Shown: piece after piece, positions 52,671 through 54,622 of the stretch
Position numbering within the stretch: position 1 is the first letter of the stretch
Layout of the letters: each line of letters starts with the position of its first letter
Assembly: GCA_001772615.1 (NCBI GenBank)
Contig: MEUZ01000001.1
Coordinates: forward strand, 1-54,622
DNA: 54,622 bases
Direction: 5' to 3'
From: a candidate division WWE3 bacterium RIFCSPHIGHO2_01_FULL_40_23
Lineage (GTDB): Bacteria; Patescibacteriota; WWE3; UBA101185; 2-01-FULL-41-18
Translations under genes and position numbers: made by a program
Notes under the pieces: model-generated
The model's database searches: none
Told to the model about the DNA's origin: nothing
What the model saw: only the letters and a program-made list of their open reading frames with translations

Positions 52671-54622
52671 TTATTTAAAACTCAAATTTAACTCGTTATC
52701 TTTATACCCAACCTTGATCTCCCCCGAAGAACGCCCGCCTTTAAGCAAAAGCCTCGCTATTTCATCAATTAAAACCCGATCAACGGTTCTTCTTAAAGCC
52801 CTGGCGCCGTACTCATCCGAGTATCCTTCTTTTAAAATAAACTCCTTTGCTTTCTTATCCACTTTTAACGCGAATCCTTTATCAAAAAGATTTTTTGAAA
52901 CTTCAGCCAAAAGCAGGTTCAAAATTTTACTCAAATCGGATTTTGTAAGCTTGTTAAAAACCACAACATCATCAAACCTGTTTAAAAGCTCGGGCCTTAA
53001 GATATTTTTAAGATTATCGGTAAGCCTTTTTTCCACCAAACCGGCATCGCCTTTTTTAATATCCTTTACTACAAAACCAATCTCCCCTCGCGAAATCAGC
53101 TCCGAGCCAAGGTTTGAAGTCAAAATAACAATTGAGTGCGTAAAATCAAAAGCCCTTCCTCTTGCATCAACAAGAGTTCCATCCTCCATAATTTGAAGCA
53201 GAATATTTAAAACATCAGGGTGGGCTTTTTCTATTTCATCAAACAGAACAACAGTGTACGGGTTCCTTGATATTTTTTCGGTTAACTCCCCACCCTCATT
53301 GTACCCAACATACCCGGGAGGGGCGCCAACAAGCCTTGAAACCGTATGTCTTTCGGAAAAATCGCTCATATCAAGTTTAATAAGTCCGTTTTCCCCGAAA
53401 ACACTTTTTGAAAGGACTCTTGCAAGCTCGGTCTTGCCTACTCCTGTAGGCCCAAGGAATAAAAATGACCCTATCGGCCTTTTGGCAGATCTTAACCCGA
53501 GGCTTGACCTAATGAGTGAAGAGGCAACAGACGAAACAGCTTTTCCCTGCCCTACTATTTTTTTAGATAAAGCCTCCTCAAGATTAAAAAAGAGTTTTTC
53601 TGTAACATCCGGCGCTTCAACGAGAGGAACATTTATCTCCTTCCCTAAAGCGCTTGAAATATATGGAGTTTTTAATTCTAGGTTCTCTCTATCAAAAGAA
53701 AAACCCGAAAGACCTTTTTCAATAGAGCCTATTTTTCTCTTTAGAGCTACCGCCAAATCAAGCTCCCTTTTTGAAATCGCCTTGTTTAATTCGGACGTAA
53801 ATAAAAACTTCTTTCTCTTTAATGTGCCGTATTTTTTCGGAAGCATGTTTTTATCCATAACCAAGAAAGAACAGGCTTTATCTAAAAGATCAATGGCCTT
53901 TTGAGGGAAATATTTACCCTTTATATATTTCTCCGATTTCTCATAAACCTCATTTAGCGAGCTCTCGCTTATTTTCACTGCGTGAAACCTCTCAAAATCC
54001 AACGCTTTTTCCTTAAGAATTGAAAGTGTAGTCTTTTTATCCGACTCTTTAACCCTCACTATGCTGAAATTCTTAAGAATATCCTCGTCCTCCGAAATAT
54101 ATTTTTGAAAAGAAGCAAGGCTTGTTGACGCGATAATCTGAAAACCTGAGTACAAAATATCTGATTTGAAAAGATTTAAAGCGAACGGCGGGAAAAAACC
54201 GGGACCTCCAGGCATAAAAACCTGATGAAAATCCGAAAAAAATAAAACTAGATTGCCCGCGCTTAACACCTCATCATGCAAGGCTGAAAGGCCTGCTTCA
54301 ATACCCTCTCTTCCCATCACGCCACTTAAAAAACTATTAATGTCAAAATCAATTACGCTGATATTTATAAGCTGGCTTGGCACCTCAAAATTGGACATTT
54401 TTTGGGCGAGAAGCTTAACAAGAGATCTTTTACCGACACCGCTTTCACCGATTAATAAAGGGTTCGCCTTTTTCCTTTGCAAAAGAATAGAAATGACATC
54501 CGTCAGCTCTTCCCTCTCAACCTGATTCCCAATAACCCCATCTTCGTAAAGTAGATTTAAATTTGTTCCAAATGCATCAAGAATAGGCGTTTTTCTAAAA
54601 CCCCTGACGCTTTTTTTAAGGA
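52671..54622 (-). CDS. clpC: ATP-dependent Clp protease ATPase subunit (ClpC-like), 5'-truncated by the window
   Basis: Frame open to the window end. NBD2 has FLGPTGVGKTELA, DMS.F.E.H.VSRL.GAPPGYVG and LFDEIEKAHP; synteny with radA-yacL. Confidence 0.9.
   Translation of the reverse strand, partial: LKKSVRGFRKTPILDAFGTNLNLLYEDGVIGNQVEREELTDVISILLQRKKANPLLIGESGVGKRSLVKLLAQKMSNFEVPSQLINISVIDFDINSFLSGVMGREGIEAGLSALHDEVLSAGNLVLFFSDFHQVFMPGGPGFFPPFALNLFKSDILYSGFQIIASTSLASFQKYISEDEDILKNFSIVRVKESDKKTTLSILKEKALDFERFHAVKISESSLNEVYEKSEKYIKGKYFPQKAIDLLDKACSFLVMDKNMLPKKYGTLKRKKFLFTSELNKAISKRELDLAVALKRKIGSIEKGLSGFSFDRENLELKTPYISSALGKEINVPLVEAPDVTEKLFFNLEEALSKKIVGQGKAVSSVASSLIRSSLGLRSAKRPIGSFLFLGPTGVGKTELARVLSKSVFGENGLIKLDMSDFSERHTVSRLVGAPPGYVGYNEGGELTEKISRNPYTVVLFDEIEKAHPDVLNILLQIMEDGTLVDARGRAFDFTHSIVILTSNLGSELISRGEIGFVVKDIKKGDAGLVEKRLTDNLKNILRPELLNRFDDVVVFNKLTKSDLSKILNLLLAEVSKNLFDKGFALKVDKKAKEFILKEGYSDEYGARALRRTVDRVLIDEIARLLLKGGRSSGEIKVGYKDNELNLSFK

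Overview
Chromosomal window from a low-GC bacterium, most likely Patescibacteria/CPR of the Microgenomates/WWE3 type. This is inferred from the gene repertoire; the genetic code is standard, with TGA as stop. Core genes are leuS, obgE, a LysM/M23 peptidase, rho, clpC-radA-yacL, two tRNA-Ala and an atypical tRNA-Asn. They are interspersed with two giant surface proteins (a >1330 aa tail-fibre-like protein and a 2725 aa DUF2341/LamG protein), a glycosylation cluster, a class F sortase with an LPxTG substrate, a VapBC pair, many small standalone accessory genes and dense REP-like hairpin clusters. The main unexplained signals are: (1) an 88-nt allo-tRNA/selC-like 8/4 tRNA (34602-34689) followed by a separately promoted ~77-nt sRNA complementary to its anticodon, variable and T arms, a candidate RNA-only toxin-antitoxin or tRNA-silencing pair; (2) an ~830-nt ORF-free, highly structured RNA upstream of rho; (3) a recursively nested (matryoshka) domain insertion inside a LamG domain; (4) a Leu-rich leader-peptide attenuator on leuS; (5) a CCTATAG motif recurring at sigma70 promoters; (6) small hairpin elements inserted into the loops of other hairpin elements. 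All folds and family assignments were made by eye, with no database searches.
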